From Takakia lepidozioides (taxonomy: Eukaryota > Plantae > Bryophyta): DNA of 64,000 bases. Positions 48,333-61,700 of the stretch are shown here, in pieces. The position numbers and the translations under genes were made by a program. The notes beneath the pieces were generated by a model. The model was not told the DNA's origin. It did no database searches and was given only the letters and a program-made list of their open reading frames with translations. Every line of letters begins with the position of its first letter. Within the stretch, counting starts at the first letter, position 1. The DNA is taken from positions 63,612,001 to 63,676,000 of the forward strand of contig CM060733.1 in NCBI GenBank assembly GCA_030704615.1, in the 5' to 3' direction.

Positions 48333-49667
48333 TCAACGTTTCTTCCGCTTTTGAGGTCGCCCTTCGAAAGCTACAACTGCCTCGGATATGTTTCCCATTT
48401 CTGAGGCACGCACCCAAGATGCCTCCACATGATGATAGCCCTTCCATTTCACGAGATATTCCGTTTCTCGATTCTTGAACCTCCTCAACTTAAGCATTGT
48501 TTCCACTTCGTACTCAGGTTCATTTTCATGATCCAACAGCATAAGTGGTGAATGCAACACTTGATGCCGATTCGGACGCGCTTCATCTTTGAAGTAAGGC
48601 TTCAAAAGGGAGACGTGGAATACCGGGTGCACCTTGCTGTTTGCCGGCAGCTCCAATTCATACACGTCCTCATTCATAACCTTCCGGATGCGAAAGGGTC
48701 CCGCATACAGAGGTACAAACTTCGGACTCACTTCCAAAGGTAGTCAGAAATTCTTGATGTTCAACCAAACCTCCGTGCCTGCCTCAAACTTAACTTCCCT
48801 CCGCTTCCGATTCGCCTGCCGTTCATACCGTTTCCTAGCTTTGGCAATGTTGTACTTTGCGAACTTCAACAAACGCTCGCGTTCTTCCAGCACCGCTGCT
48901 GCTGCCGGTTCCTCAATGTCCTGGGCGGCCCAACTTGTCAGCACCAGAGGTGCTTTTCCATAGACCAATACAAAAGGGAAAACTCCCATTGCGGAGTGTT
49001 TTGTGTTATTATAACATAACTCTGTCGCGTCCAAGTGCTCCACCCAGTCTGATTGGTCTGCCGACACGTAATTCCGCAAGATCTGCTTCACCACGGAATT
49101 CACTCTTTCCGTTTGGCCGTCCGTCGTAGGTCGGAAGGCGGTGCTCATCTTGAGCCTCGTCCCCATCTTCTTCCAAAATGCCCTCTAAACTTTACTCGTA
49201 AACTTTGGATCGCGGTCCGAGACAATATCCTTCGGGAGTCCATGATGCTTGAAGACGTGGGTGAAGTAAAGTCGTCCCGTCTCCTGCGCTGTATCCACAC
49301 ACCAGATCGCATGAATCTTTTTTTACTGAACCTATCCACCAACCATGATCGCATCGAATCTTTTTGACAGCGGCATATCAGTCATGAAATCCATCGAGAC
49401 ACTTTCCCAAGACCCCTTTGGAATCGGCAAGGGTTGCAACAGCCCCACTTGCTTTTAGTACTCGCTCCGGTTTTGCTGGCATGTGGTGCATGTCTTGACA
49501 TACTCCTCGGCCTCCTCCCTCAGTTTGGGCCAGAAATACTCTTTCTTCAAGAGTGCCGCGGTGCGCTTGACTCCGCCGTGGCCCGCAAGCGGGCCATCAT
49601 GACATTCTCTCAAGAGACTATCTCTGATCCCTCCCTTTGGCACGTAGAGACGCTTTTGCTTATACCC
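48333..49667 (-). mobile_element. Ty3/gypsy chromovirus integrase plus chromodomain, 5'-truncated
   Basis: HHCC finger (CHDGPLAGHGG...CTTCQ), rve core, GPF motif, chromodomain EYEVE...EYLVKWKGY...SW; stops and frameshifts. Confidence 0.92.
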
Positions 49668-49899
49668 GATGTGCAGGAGGCCTGAAGACAGTCTCCCATT
49701 TCTGATACACAGTCCTGGGTATTTTCATCAGAGAGTGACCCTCTTGAGGACCATTAAGACCTGAGTCCCTGCACCTCTGTTCACCAACTTCTAAATCTTG
49801 AGGATGAGTAGTGACCCTGCTGGGGTCTAATGGTTGGGCAGCTCATATACAGGAGATTGATCCTTGTGGGAACGACTTTCTAGAGGAAATCTGGCACAA

Positions 49900-51800
49900 T
49901 TGGCACATTTCTGGCCTTCATGATGTTAGCATAAAATTCTATATATTTTTCCAAGGCTGCCAGGCAGGCACAAGCATTGAGAACCCCAGCAATGTGAGGT
50001 GATTGGGATTCACGTCTTCCCCTATCATTTCTTTGTAGGTTTCTGAAGCCTCCCTACCATAACCAAGCTGAGCATATCATGTGATCATTGCGTTCCATGA
50101 AACCATATCTCGTTGAGCCATATTGTTGAACACTTGATTTGCATCTTTTATGCTACTGCATTTGGCATACATGTCCACCAGGGCAGTGCCGAGAATGACA
50201 TCTGGCACAATTCCAGCTTTTCTGATATCAGTATGGACCTCTTTGCCCTTCTCCAGAGCTGCCAGGCTGGCGCAAGCATTGAGAACACCAACGAAAGTGA
50301 CATGGTTGGGCATTACCCTTTCCCGTATCATTAGCTCATAGGTCTCCACAGCCTCCCTACCACACCCATTCTGGGCATATCATGCGATCATTGCATTCCA
50401 TGAGACCATAATTTGTCTAGCCATATTGCCAAACACCCGATTTGCATCTTCAAGGCTGCCACGTTTGGCATACCGTCGACTAGGGTATTCTCCAGAATGA
50501 TATCTGGAACAATTCCAGCTTTAATTATGTCAGCATGGACTTGTTTGCCCTTCTCCAGGGCTGCCAAGCTTGCACAGGCGTTGACAACGCAAACAAACGT
50601 AGACTGGTCAGGTGCCACCCCTTCTCATACCATTTGCTTTTAGGTCTCCAAAGCCTCCGTACCACACCCATGCTGGGCATATCCTGCGATCATCGCACTC
50701 CATGAGACTACATCCCGTTCAGCCATATTGTCAAACACTTGCCATACATTATTTATGCTCCCGCATTTGGCATACATGCTTACCAAGGCAGTACCTAGAA
50801 TGTTATCTGACACAATTCTGGCTTGATAATGTCAGCATGGATCCCTTTGCCCTTCTCAAGGGCTGCCACACTAGCACAGGCCTTGAGAACCCACTTGCAA
50901 TGTAGCATGTAATCATGGAGTTCCATAATACAACATCTCGTTCCGCCATTTTGCAGAACACTTGACGTGCATTCTCCATGCTCCCGCATTTGACAAACAT
51001 GTCAGTGAGGGTAATCTCCAAAATGCTATCTGCTGCAATTTCACCTCTGATGATATCAACATGATCTCTTTGCCCTTCTCTAGGTCTCCTAGACTGGCAC
51101 ATGCATTGAGCACAGAAGTGAAAGTGACCCTGTTGGGCATCACCCCCTACCGATGCATTAGCTCATAGATCTCAAAAGCCTCCCTAACACACCCATGCTG
51201 AGCATATTCTGCAATCACGGCGTTCCATGAAACCACATTTTGTCCAACCCACCCCTTCGCGCAACATTTGCTCATAGGTCTCCAGAGCATTCCTACCACA
51301 CCCATGCTTGGTGAATCCTGCCAACATTATATTCCACGTGATCAAAGATTGTTGAAGCATTCTGTTGAATACTTGGTGAGCATCCATGATGCTCCCGCAC
51401 GTAAGATACATGTTGACAAGGGTGTCGAGTAGAAAAACTTTTGGCGCAAATCCACTTTGGATAATGTGAGTGTGCATCTGATTTCCAGCTTCCAGACCTT
51501 CCATCTTGATGCACTTAAGCAAGAGACAGACATATGTATCTGAATCTGCTGAAATGCCTCCTTGGTTTAAAGTCTGTAGAGGCTCTATCAGACTGCCTGC
51601 TGCACAAAGCATCTTCACATGCCCAAAAGTGCCATTCTCTATGATCCTAACGACTTCAAGCCCAACAGGGAAACAACCCATACAAAAATGCCACGGGCTT
51701 CCATTGCCCGACCCTTCACTTTCAGATTAATGTGTCCTCCCCCCCTCCAACGGCTTCTTCTCCTCCTCATTGTGAATTTCTCTTGCATTGTTGGTGCCAT
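49900..51800 (-). pseudogene. PLS-class PPR pseudogene
   Basis: Repeated P-L-S triplets (VTFVGVLNACASLAALEKGKEVH...LGTALVDMYAKC...DMVSWNAMI) with frameshifts and stops; typical LC..G.L.E N-terminus. Confidence 0.9.
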
Positions 51801-52149
51801 CCCTCCACACCAGCCATGATTCCAGCAACCACATCTAGCGCACAAAGGCAGACGCGCACAGAGACACGCAAACACAAACGAAGACAGCGAGCGAGAAAGA
51901 AGTAGCAGCGCGCGTGAGTGACAAGTTCGGGCATTTCGGGCAGGGTCCAAACAAAATGACGATGAAACGTGGCGACGATGACATGGCGACGAAAACGTGG
52001 CACTATGGCACCCTATTCCTGCTCTACGCTAAACTAGCTTCCGACCTTCAGTCGTCGCTAGAATTTTAGGACTTTTCCAGCCCCTTTATATATACATAGT
52101 CTGTAAACCCCTTCTATGATAGGTACATTAAACCTTGGTGCACCCCCCA

Positions 52150-52727
52150 GGAAGAAGGTGAACGCCTGTTGGATTATAGAGAGTAGCAGAGCAATTGAGC
52201 ATTGGAACTAGTGTGATAAGTAGGGTTGGGGTGTTTGCTGGAACAATTCTAGGCTGTCATTGTCAGCTGCTAGCAGCAAGGCGAGGATGTATGCATGATT
52301 TGTGCAGAGGCATGGATAGCTGAAGGAGCAGGGATAGAGCGTGGGTCCAGATTCATTCAAGAGGGTCGAATTTCATGCTCCAGATTACCTATGATTCCTT
52401 GTGGAAGGATAGGTACAAGAAACCTGCATGGATAGATGGTCAACTAGAAGCCGCAACAACAGCGCCACAATTGTTCAAATTAGGCACTGTTAATCAAGGC
52501 ACCTTCTTCAACACATTTCACCCTGTTTTTCCCTCTTATCAGAATTGGCCCTCAATTTTCATGTTGAATTCTGCAAGTTAGCTGGTTGAGTGAACCTTTG
52601 ATAGTTTGGAGTGACTTTGATATGAAACTGCCAATGTGACAACAGGAAAGTATCCAGAAACAGGTAACAAAGATGAGGAGAAGCTGTGGAACATTTCTGA
52701 CCCCAGTCAATGGTGGGACAATCAAGG
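52150..52727 (+). repeat. PDF-motif repeat unit
   Basis: LQITYDSLWKDRYKKPAWIDGQL and DPSQWWDN; same unit as 36441-37290. Confidence 0.7.
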
Positions 52728-52840
52728 TTTTGGGCTGATCTGAGCACGACCCCTGCAGGGATGTCTCTCCATCTCGTGAAGAATCTTCGGGTGTGTGGTG
52801 ACTGCCACACTACCACCAAGTTCGTTTTGAAGTTGTTGGC
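52728..52840 (+). pseudogene. DYW deaminase domain fragment
   Basis: STTPAGMSLHLVKNLRVCGDCHTTTKF matches the DYW KNLRVCxDCH signature. Confidence 0.85.
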
Positions 52841-53199
52841 CAAATGCAGTTGTAAGGAGTATTGCACTCGATAGTTGTAAATAGAGTCCTTCATTCTAGT
52901 AGTACCAGAACTGTTTTAGTACTAAAAACTTCTGCCCTTGTGTCGGTTTGCTTAATTTTTGCTCCGCATTAGACTTTGAGGCATCCGTGGGGATGCTTGT
53001 CCAATTTGGAATTTTGTAATATGATTTACAGGACTTGTACTCTCCTGTACATGTCAACTCTGTTTCTCTTTGTGGTTGCTAATGTGTATGACAAACAGTT
53101 GTCCTACACACTAGCTAAAGAGAAACAAAGTTGACATGTATAGGGGAGTACATGCCCCTTTGGCCTTCCATTCTATTTTCCCAAAAACATCATGAAGAA

Positions 53200-53668
53200 T
53201 TTAAATCAATTAATAATATAAATTTTATAATTTGATTTATTAAAATTAAAAACATTATTAAAAAATGACGTGTCAAATCCACAGTGGCGCGTGTCCATCC
53301 AGCGCCTCTCCATGTAGGCATCGCTCTGCAGACATATAGTCATATGATCCCCTCACGAATGCGTGACGTGTCGTTTGCGCAGTGGTGCACGTGTTCCACT
53401 GAAGCCTCTCCATGTAGACAACGCTCCACAGACAAGGTAGTCATATAGTTAGTCATATGTAAGTCATAGAGTTGTGACTACATCACTCTCCTCTGCATGA
53501 CTCCAGGTGCCACGCACGCAGTCATGGCTATGACTTGCAAAACACAGTCCTAAAGACTAGTCGCTATCACGTCGTTTTTTTCACTTCAGAGTCATGTAGT
53601 CATGAACGCATATAGGACTGAAGAAATAGTCATATTTGCAGTCATAAAAACGCTCATCTGTTGTAGTG
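53200..53668. mobile_element. CACTA terminus (partner not seen)
   Basis: Ends ...CATCTGTTGTAGTG with many AGTCAT subterminal repeats and an AT-rich inner tract like 29053-29500 inverted. Confidence 0.8.
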
Positions 53669-55129
53669 AATGGGTGTGGTTGTGAGTTTTCATCACGAAG
53701 GTATCACCAGTTGCTGAGGGGAGTGCCGGTACGAGCACCAGTGATACTAGTGGGTACGGTTTAGGCCACCTTCACTTTCAGTGTCTCCTGAGGGAGGTTC
53801 AAACTCGGAATCAGAAGGATTCTCGCCGAGGGTGCAAGCCATTTCCGTGCCATTGTTGTGGGACACGATGGAGGAGATGTATAGAGCTAGCAAGGGGCCA
53901 CGTAGGTACTCTGGAGCTGTGGGCACCACCAAGCTTGATGACAGTTGGTGTGAGTTGGTGTGATTTGCAGCAGATGCACAATCCACAACTATTTACGCCC
54001 TTTATGGCGTGGAAGGGGCTATTCCAGCACCTTGAGAGGCCGCCTATGGATTATTACCATGAGTTTAGGCGGGGACATGTGATGGAGATTGAGGAGTGAC
54101 GACATTATTGGTCACCTAATTACATCTCCATCACTAGAGGCACAAGGGCAGCGGCGACACCAACAATGACACCGGCAGCTTCTGCAAGTAGCAGTGGGAC
54201 AAATGGTATAGAAGCTGGGACGTCCACCCAAGTCCTTGCCGGAACACTGACACTCGTGCCTGCCTTTAACCCAGTTGTGGAGTTCTTCGAGGAATTGAGG
54301 AGGAACTACTAGGTGACGAGCCCTGAGCGCGCGCGGTCAGGGTGACGGCATATTAGCTAGGGGGGTCGTGGTAAGTTACGGTGTAGGTTGGGCTCACTGA
54401 ACCGCCTACCCGACTGCGGTTAGTGCAGGGGGGTCCGTGGTCGTACATGATGGCTATGATAACTATCTAAGTCCTACCGGCAAAGAGAAGTTACGTACTC
54501 CTCTTCACAGGGCGAGTTTGTGTTTTTAAGTTCTACGGTATTCTACAATCTACTCAGTAACTGCCTTCCAAGTCTTTTGTTTTATTGTCTAATTCCTACC
54601 ACATAGGCCCCTGAGCCGCCTATAGCCGGGATATGTTTTAATCCCTTCACAAGGCACCTGCCGAGCCTAGGAAGAAGAGGAAAAATCTTCCTCTTCCAAT
54701 GCCCCTCCTTCACCGAGTGCCTGAGTTCAAGTCACCTCTGATGGAAGGGCCAATGCTCCCTAACCCAGTGCCTAAATACTTTGTTTTAGCAAGGGAGGGG
54801 CCAAAATACCTATCATAATCCAATAGGTTCACGCGGCAATTCCCCGTGGTAGGGAATGGTTCCCAGGCATTCCTCGGTTCTTACTGGGTTCCCAAGGGAT
54901 TCCCGAGGGCATTTCTAGGCGCCAAAGGCATCTTTGGATTCCCCACATGATTTCCCATAGGGGAGGTATTTTTCTGGTTTTTCATAATTTATTTTATTTT
55001 CCAGCATTTCTGATGTGCGAAATTGTTTAAATTGGATAGATGCACGTGGTGCAATTTATAGCCTGAGGGACGTTTATTAAACTGATTGAACTTATTGATT
55101 TAAGGGGCTTAGAGTCACCTTATTGAACT

Positions 55130-55949
55130 TGTTTTCCCCTCTTATCAGAATCGCCCTAAATTTTCATGTTTTAAGAATTCTGCAAGTTAGCTGGTTGAGT
55201 GAACCTGTGATAGTTTGGAGTGACTTTGACATGATACTGCCAAAGTGACAATAGGAAAGTATCCAGAAATAGGTAACAGAGAGGAGAAGCTGTGGATTGA
55301 ATACTTTTCTGACCCTAGTCAATGGTGGGACAACCGTCTTGGAAGGTAAATGCCTTTGCATTACAGAGTGGTAGATGCAATTGAGAATAGGAACTGGTGT
55401 GATAAGTTGAGTTGGGTGTTTGCTGGAACAAATCTAGGCTGCCATTGTCAGCTGCTAACAGCAATGCGAGGATGTATGCACGATCTGTGCAGAGGCATGG
55501 ATAGCTGAAGGAGCAGGGATAAAGTGTCATCCAAGAGGGCCAGATTTCAAGCTCCAGATTACTTATGATTCCTTATGGAAGGATAGCTACAAGAAACCTG
55601 CATGGGTGGATGGTACATAGTTTGGAGTGATTTAGACATGATACTGCCAAAGTGACAATAGGAAAGTATCCAGAAACATGTAACAGAGATGAGGAGAAGC
55701 TGTGGAATGAATGCTTTTCTGACCCCAGTCAAGGGTGGGACAACCAAGGGAAAAAGGTGAATGTCTATTAGATTACAGAGAGTAGGAGACGCAACTCAGC
55801 ATAGACACTAAGGCAAACTCTCCTTCCCTGCAAAAGGTGTGTTTTGGTATCTGAGCGAATAAATATAATTTCTAAAAACATAATTTCAATATTTTGTTAT
55901 TTAATAATGTTCTCATCAAGGCCACTGTCCATTTTTCCTATAATAATAA
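55130..55949. mobile_element. Inverted copy of the CACTA left internal region running into the gap
   Basis: Reverse complement of ~29480-30230 including PDF units. Confidence 0.7.
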
Positions 55950-56449
55950 NNNNNNNNNNNNNNNNNNNNNNNNNNNNNNNNNNNNNNNNNNNNNNNNNNN
56001 NNNNNNNNNNNNNNNNNNNNNNNNNNNNNNNNNNNNNNNNNNNNNNNNNNNNNNNNNNNNNNNNNNNNNNNNNNNNNNNNNNNNNNNNNNNNNNNNNNNN
56101 NNNNNNNNNNNNNNNNNNNNNNNNNNNNNNNNNNNNNNNNNNNNNNNNNNNNNNNNNNNNNNNNNNNNNNNNNNNNNNNNNNNNNNNNNNNNNNNNNNNN
56201 NNNNNNNNNNNNNNNNNNNNNNNNNNNNNNNNNNNNNNNNNNNNNNNNNNNNNNNNNNNNNNNNNNNNNNNNNNNNNNNNNNNNNNNNNNNNNNNNNNNN
56301 NNNNNNNNNNNNNNNNNNNNNNNNNNNNNNNNNNNNNNNNNNNNNNNNNNNNNNNNNNNNNNNNNNNNNNNNNNNNNNNNNNNNNNNNNNNNNNNNNNNN
56401 NNNNNNNNNNNNNNNNNNNNNNNNNNNNNNNNNNNNNNNNNNNNNNNNN
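55950..56449. other. Assembly gap (500 N)
   Basis: Run of n. Confidence 1.
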
Positions 56450-56714
56450 GCGTTTGAATAAGGCCGTGGAACGAAAGTGCTCTCCTCGAGGAGTTGCGAC
56501 ATACGGAAAATTCGAATACGTCTATGAGGGTCTACTGCCTGTACCCGCCTCCGAAAAATAAACAAACATCTATTCATCCAACGGTCAGGCCGCGCCGCCT
56601 CATGCCCCTTCAGTCAGATAGGTCTTTGGGTGCCGGACATGTGCAGCAATTCGCTTGCACTCACTGTGTTCACATTACAAGGCCCATTTCCGCTCCCAGC
56701 AGTCTGATAGTTGA

Positions 56715-58340
56715 GAGTGAAATGCGAATTGCTGCCGCCGCATTTCGTTAAGTACCTCACGAAGTACAATCCGTACTGTTACGCGAAGAAAATGACGCAC
56801 AGCATCCGTTCCACTTCACATACCTAGTTGTTGATGAAATACGCGTTACCGCATTTCCGTCCCACAGCTCCCATGTATCATGATACAATACGCCGGAAAT
56901 GCCGGCATCGCCGCATTCCGATTTCTAGCGAATGTCGAAGGGTTGAGATCCGGAACGGAAAAATGCGCCGCACACATTCAGTTGGGGGGTCCGTGGTCTA
57001 TGATTTTTCAATGCTGAACGGAAATGCCGCGAGCTTACCACATTCCGTCCCCCTTCACATACGTTTTCGTGGATGAACGGAAATGCAGTATCAGTGCCAC
57101 ATTTCCGTTGCCTTTCGGGAAAGTATAGCAGTCTCAACCTGGAACGGAAATGCGGTGCGCATTTTCCGGTCTGGCCAAGTTGTGAAGGTCTCACATGATG
57201 GAAATGCGGCTCCGCATTTCCGTTAGCACAGCTCCAGGACCATATACAAAACGGAAATGCGGCGCCGCATTTCCGTTCTAGAATGTCGGAAGTGCGACTC
57301 GAACGGAAATGCGGTGCCGCATTTCTGTTCCGTTGCGCACGATTTTCAGTCAGAACGGAATGCGGTACCGCATTTCCGTTCTGTAGAGTATTAACGTTCT
57401 GACGCTCGGCGGAATGATGGGCCGCATTTCGTTCCACAGCTCCATGCCTCACATACAAAACGGAAATGCGGCACCGCATTTCGTTTTGGAATGTCGGAAG
57501 GTGCGACTCCGACGAAAATGCGGTACCGCATTTCAGTTCCGAGTTTCAGGATATTTCATGAGAACGGAAATGCGGTTGCCGCATTTCCGTTCTGGAATGT
57601 TGGGAGGTGCGACTCGGATGGAAATGCGTTGCCGCATTTCAGTTCCGATGGTTCACGATTCTCAGTCAGAACGGAAATGCGGTACCGCATTTCCGTTGGG
57701 AATAGTTTGAATGTCTCAAGCGGTCGGAATGCGCTGTCTCAAGCAGCGGAATCGCACTCGGCTCCAGCATCAGATACAAAATGGAAATGCGGCGCCGCAT
57801 TTCCGTTCGGAATGTCGGAAAGTGCGACTCCGACGGAAATGCGGTGCCGCATTCTGTTCCCGTTGTTCATAATTCTCAATCAGAACGGAAATGCGGTACC
57901 GCATTTCCGTTCCACCTTCACATACCGTGCTTGCTGGATGGAAAATGCGGGTACCGCATTTCCGTTATGGAGAGTATGAATGTCTTTTAAGGACGGAAAT
58001 GTGGTGCAGCATTTCTATCCCTCAGCTCCATGCATCAGATACAAAATGGAAATGCGGCGCCGCATTTCCGTTCTGGAATGTCGGAAAAGTGCGACTCGGA
58101 CGGAAATGCGGTGCCGCATTTCTGTTCCGTTGTTCAAAATTCTCAATCAGAACGGAAATGCGGTACCGCATTTCCGTTCCACTTCACATACCGTGCTTGC
58201 TGGATGGAAATGCGTTACCGCATTTCCGTTCTGGAGAGTATAAAGGTTTCCCCCGGACGGAAACTCGGTGCCGCATTTCCGTCGTTCTGGTGCATGACCA
58301 AGAAGCAATACGGAAATGCGGCGCCGTATTCCGTCCACCA
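56715..58340. repeat. Family-X palindrome array (~53-bp period)
   Basis: Successive starts 57254, 57306, 57358 ... 58103, 58155, 58207, 58260, 58313. Confidence 0.9.
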
Positions 58341-58747
58341 GCAATCGAAAGAATCACTCGGGACGGGAAATTGGAACCTCAATGGGTTGCATTGTTCCGA
58401 AACAACACAATTGCGGCCAGTCTTGATGAGCACAACTTGGTTGTCTGACCGTTTAACTAACAGTCCTGGCACTTGTCAGTGCGAACGTTCCTGTCTGCAC
58501 CGAGAATACTGCTGGATCCACCCTCAGGAGAAACTGTCAGGAGATGTTATTTCGTCGCCGAATCGGCCATCATTGTCATACTTACTGGCTATGGAATCAA
58601 ACCTCCCACCTTCATGCATGTAGCTTGAAACAATACTTTCCACTTCAATGTGCGACTTCCAATCGTCGATGGACTCCGCATGGTGCCTGTGAGCCTTGGT
58701 CTGTCGCTATACTGAACCTCGCACTTGCCAACTCCGTGCGGTGTTCG

Positions 58748-61700
58748 ATGGCTCCGAATTCCTACGCTATAGTTTGCTGTCCTCCGCAACTTGGGAGAGC
58801 CTGGATCCCAAACGAGGGAGGACTTTGCAGAGTGACTGAAACTTACCTTTGTTCCAAATTCAAGCTCAAACCGGGCACAGTTTATTTGGAAGAAGAAAGG
58901 AAGGATGTTCCTGGACAGGTTGACGAGACCATTGTCGTGCTAGGTAACGACGGAGGTTGCGGAATCGAATGGCACGTATCCCCATCAGACACCATCCTGT
59001 ACCGAGCTGTGGGAATGCCCATTCCCTTTCCGAATCAGTCGCTGCCCACACCATCCACAAAGGAGTCCGGAAACCGACAGGCGGCCACTGCCAACAGAGA
59101 GGTATGCAACGATAATCATTCCCGACCTGGACCGTCAAGACCCTCCATAGCTTCTCGTGTGGACGTATTCGACATTTCCGACGAGGAAGATGATTGCATT
59201 GAGGTACCCATGTCCTCCACACGGTCGTTCAAATCCGGCATGGACGTCTCTGTAGGTGCTACGCATGTGCCCTCGAGCATAACTCCAACCCGGTCCATTG
59301 TGCAGCTCCTACGACAACATCACCTCGATGGTTCTCGCTCCGAGCTGGCTGCTCTCGACTATGCCAAATTCCCAGTCAGAAAGGTAACGTTCTGCCTCCC
59401 GAAGTCGATGGCAATGTCATCTTCGAGTTTCCACCTGTTTCTTCGTCAAACAAAGCCTCCGGGATGTTAACAGACATGGATCGAAAGCATGACGGACACC
59501 CCTGGTGTGTGACGAAGACCAGTAGCACGAAAATTGCTGATGGTGTTCGTGTACGATATGTCCTCTGTGCGGGGAAGCTGAGGTGCCTCAATCCCACCTG
59601 CTTCCACTTTCTCTCCAAAGGAGGGCGGAGAAACGAGACGGATTGGACTGGCACAACGCATCATCCATTCATTGTCTCCAGCCAAGCTCCTGCGGGTTCT
59701 TTCAAGTGTGCACATTGCAAAGAACCACCGACGTGCATGTCCATGTGCAGAGCCAAGCAATATTACGTAATCCATTTGCTCCCGGACTTGACTAGAGCTT
59801 GCATACACGTTGGGGTCCACTGCCACCCCTTGGCGAGAGGCAACATGCGTGAGGCTGTGCAGGAAGCACACGACATCATAAAAGAGGAGGTGAAATTGAG
59901 CCCCGGAGCCAGACCAAAGCAGATTCAGCTGAAGGCAGCCCACAAGATTGCTCTTGGCAAAATCATGTCTGAAGATGGTTCCGACCGAGAGCCCTTGACG
60001 AAGACGAGATGCGTGACCTCTTGGAGTCCGTCTCGCACGTTTGTAGTCCGAATGTGCGGAATCACATCGTATCTTGCAAGCAGGAGTTCGGCAGGGGTCG
60101 GACATGTACTCAATCCTGGAGGTGAAACGAATGACTGGATATGACTACATCCAAGGTAGCAGGTTTCCAGGGCAAGGCAGCGAATCCGATCGTTGTTACA
60201 TTTTCAAAATGTCGACGTGTGGGCCTGGGAGTGGAGTCGACTTGGTCACTCGCATGACAACTGGAAACTTGTCGAATGCTTGGGTGATGTTTGATCACAT
60301 CAAGCGAATTACAAACCATCAGTGGGTGACTATGGGTGCGCATGTTTATGACTATCACTCCAAGAGGCTCATGACGATTGCAATCTGCGAGATGAAAGGG
60401 GAGGACACACAGTCCGAGATGCATCTGTGGGAGGGCATAAACGAGCAGATGGCAAGGGCGGGATTGCCAGAGCCCAATTTCAGGGGATTCATGGCAGACA
60501 ACGCTCAGGCCAACTGGGCAGCGGTGCGGCGTGTGTACGGTGAGGACCCCAATGTTCCAATGGAGGGGAAAGAGAGATCCTGTGGATTCCATTGGATGCA
60601 GAGTCTATCCCACTACACTACCAAATTTGTTGCTAGCTCATTCCAGGCTGAACACCGTGTCCTTTGTACGGCGTGGAAGGATGCACCCACATTTGATGAC
60701 GCGGAGGTTAAGTTTGCTATCATCGAGGCTTGGTGGAACACGTCAGGTGCAGTGGAGACAACCAATCTGGGAGCATTGCACAGCTGGTTGGGGTGGTGGC
60801 ATTTTCGGTATCGACAGTTCGGACAGTACATGCGGGAGGTAGGCTGCTGTCATTTTCGTTCATTTGTCTTTCTGTTACGGACATTTCGATTGGTCCCTCA
60901 CCATTGTTTGTGTCCTTCTAGGAGCGGTGCTTGGATTCCGACACGGACATGCCGAACACGAATATGGCAGAATCGGTCCACTCCTCCTGGCGAGCGTCTT
61001 CTGCCGCACATCTGGTGGACGTAGTGACGGCCACAACGGAGGACATCGACAGAGCAATCATGCAGCAAGCCACGTACTACAAGTTCCTGAGCGGCAAACA
61101 ATGGGGCTTTGGGCCGGACAGGGAGGAATTGTTGGTACGAACAGCTTCGAGGTCCAAGAATCCACTGAAATGGGCGACAGCATTGCGAGAGAAGATCAAA
61201 GGGACGCCTCTGCACCGCAGAGGTGAACACCTAGAGGGGGACGTCCGGACTCGCCCTGTGAGGCGGAGGATTGAAGAGGAACCCGGGTGCGAAGAGGATT
61301 CCTGGAGATCCGACAGGAACATTCGGACAGCACCTCGAGGTCCCGTCATGTTGCCGCACAATGTGTCTTCCAGCAGTGGAAGCCCAAGAAATTCCAGATC
61401 GCCGTCGCCTTCAACCGGGGATTTCGTGCAAAAAATTCCCACCGCTCCCTTGCCCCAGATTCCGCCCGCTGTTATGCAGTATGGCCAAGCCATTGTGGAG
61501 ACGACTGTGTCTGCTCACAGTGGAGAATTGCTCGCACAAAGCCGTCGTTTCGAGGAAGGTGTTCCGCAATTCGTGTGGATACACGGCAACGTTGTTTAGA
61601 GATGATAAGGAGGAATCCAGATGGGGCTGTCCCTGCTCCTACTTTTACAGGAAGATTTGTCCATGCAAAGTTTGCGGAGGCGACAACCACCCAGTTCTGG

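Noticed and set aside
53669-55100. Possible retroelement accessory ORF or LTR
   Set aside because: No diagnostic motif, boundary or second copy is visible in the window.
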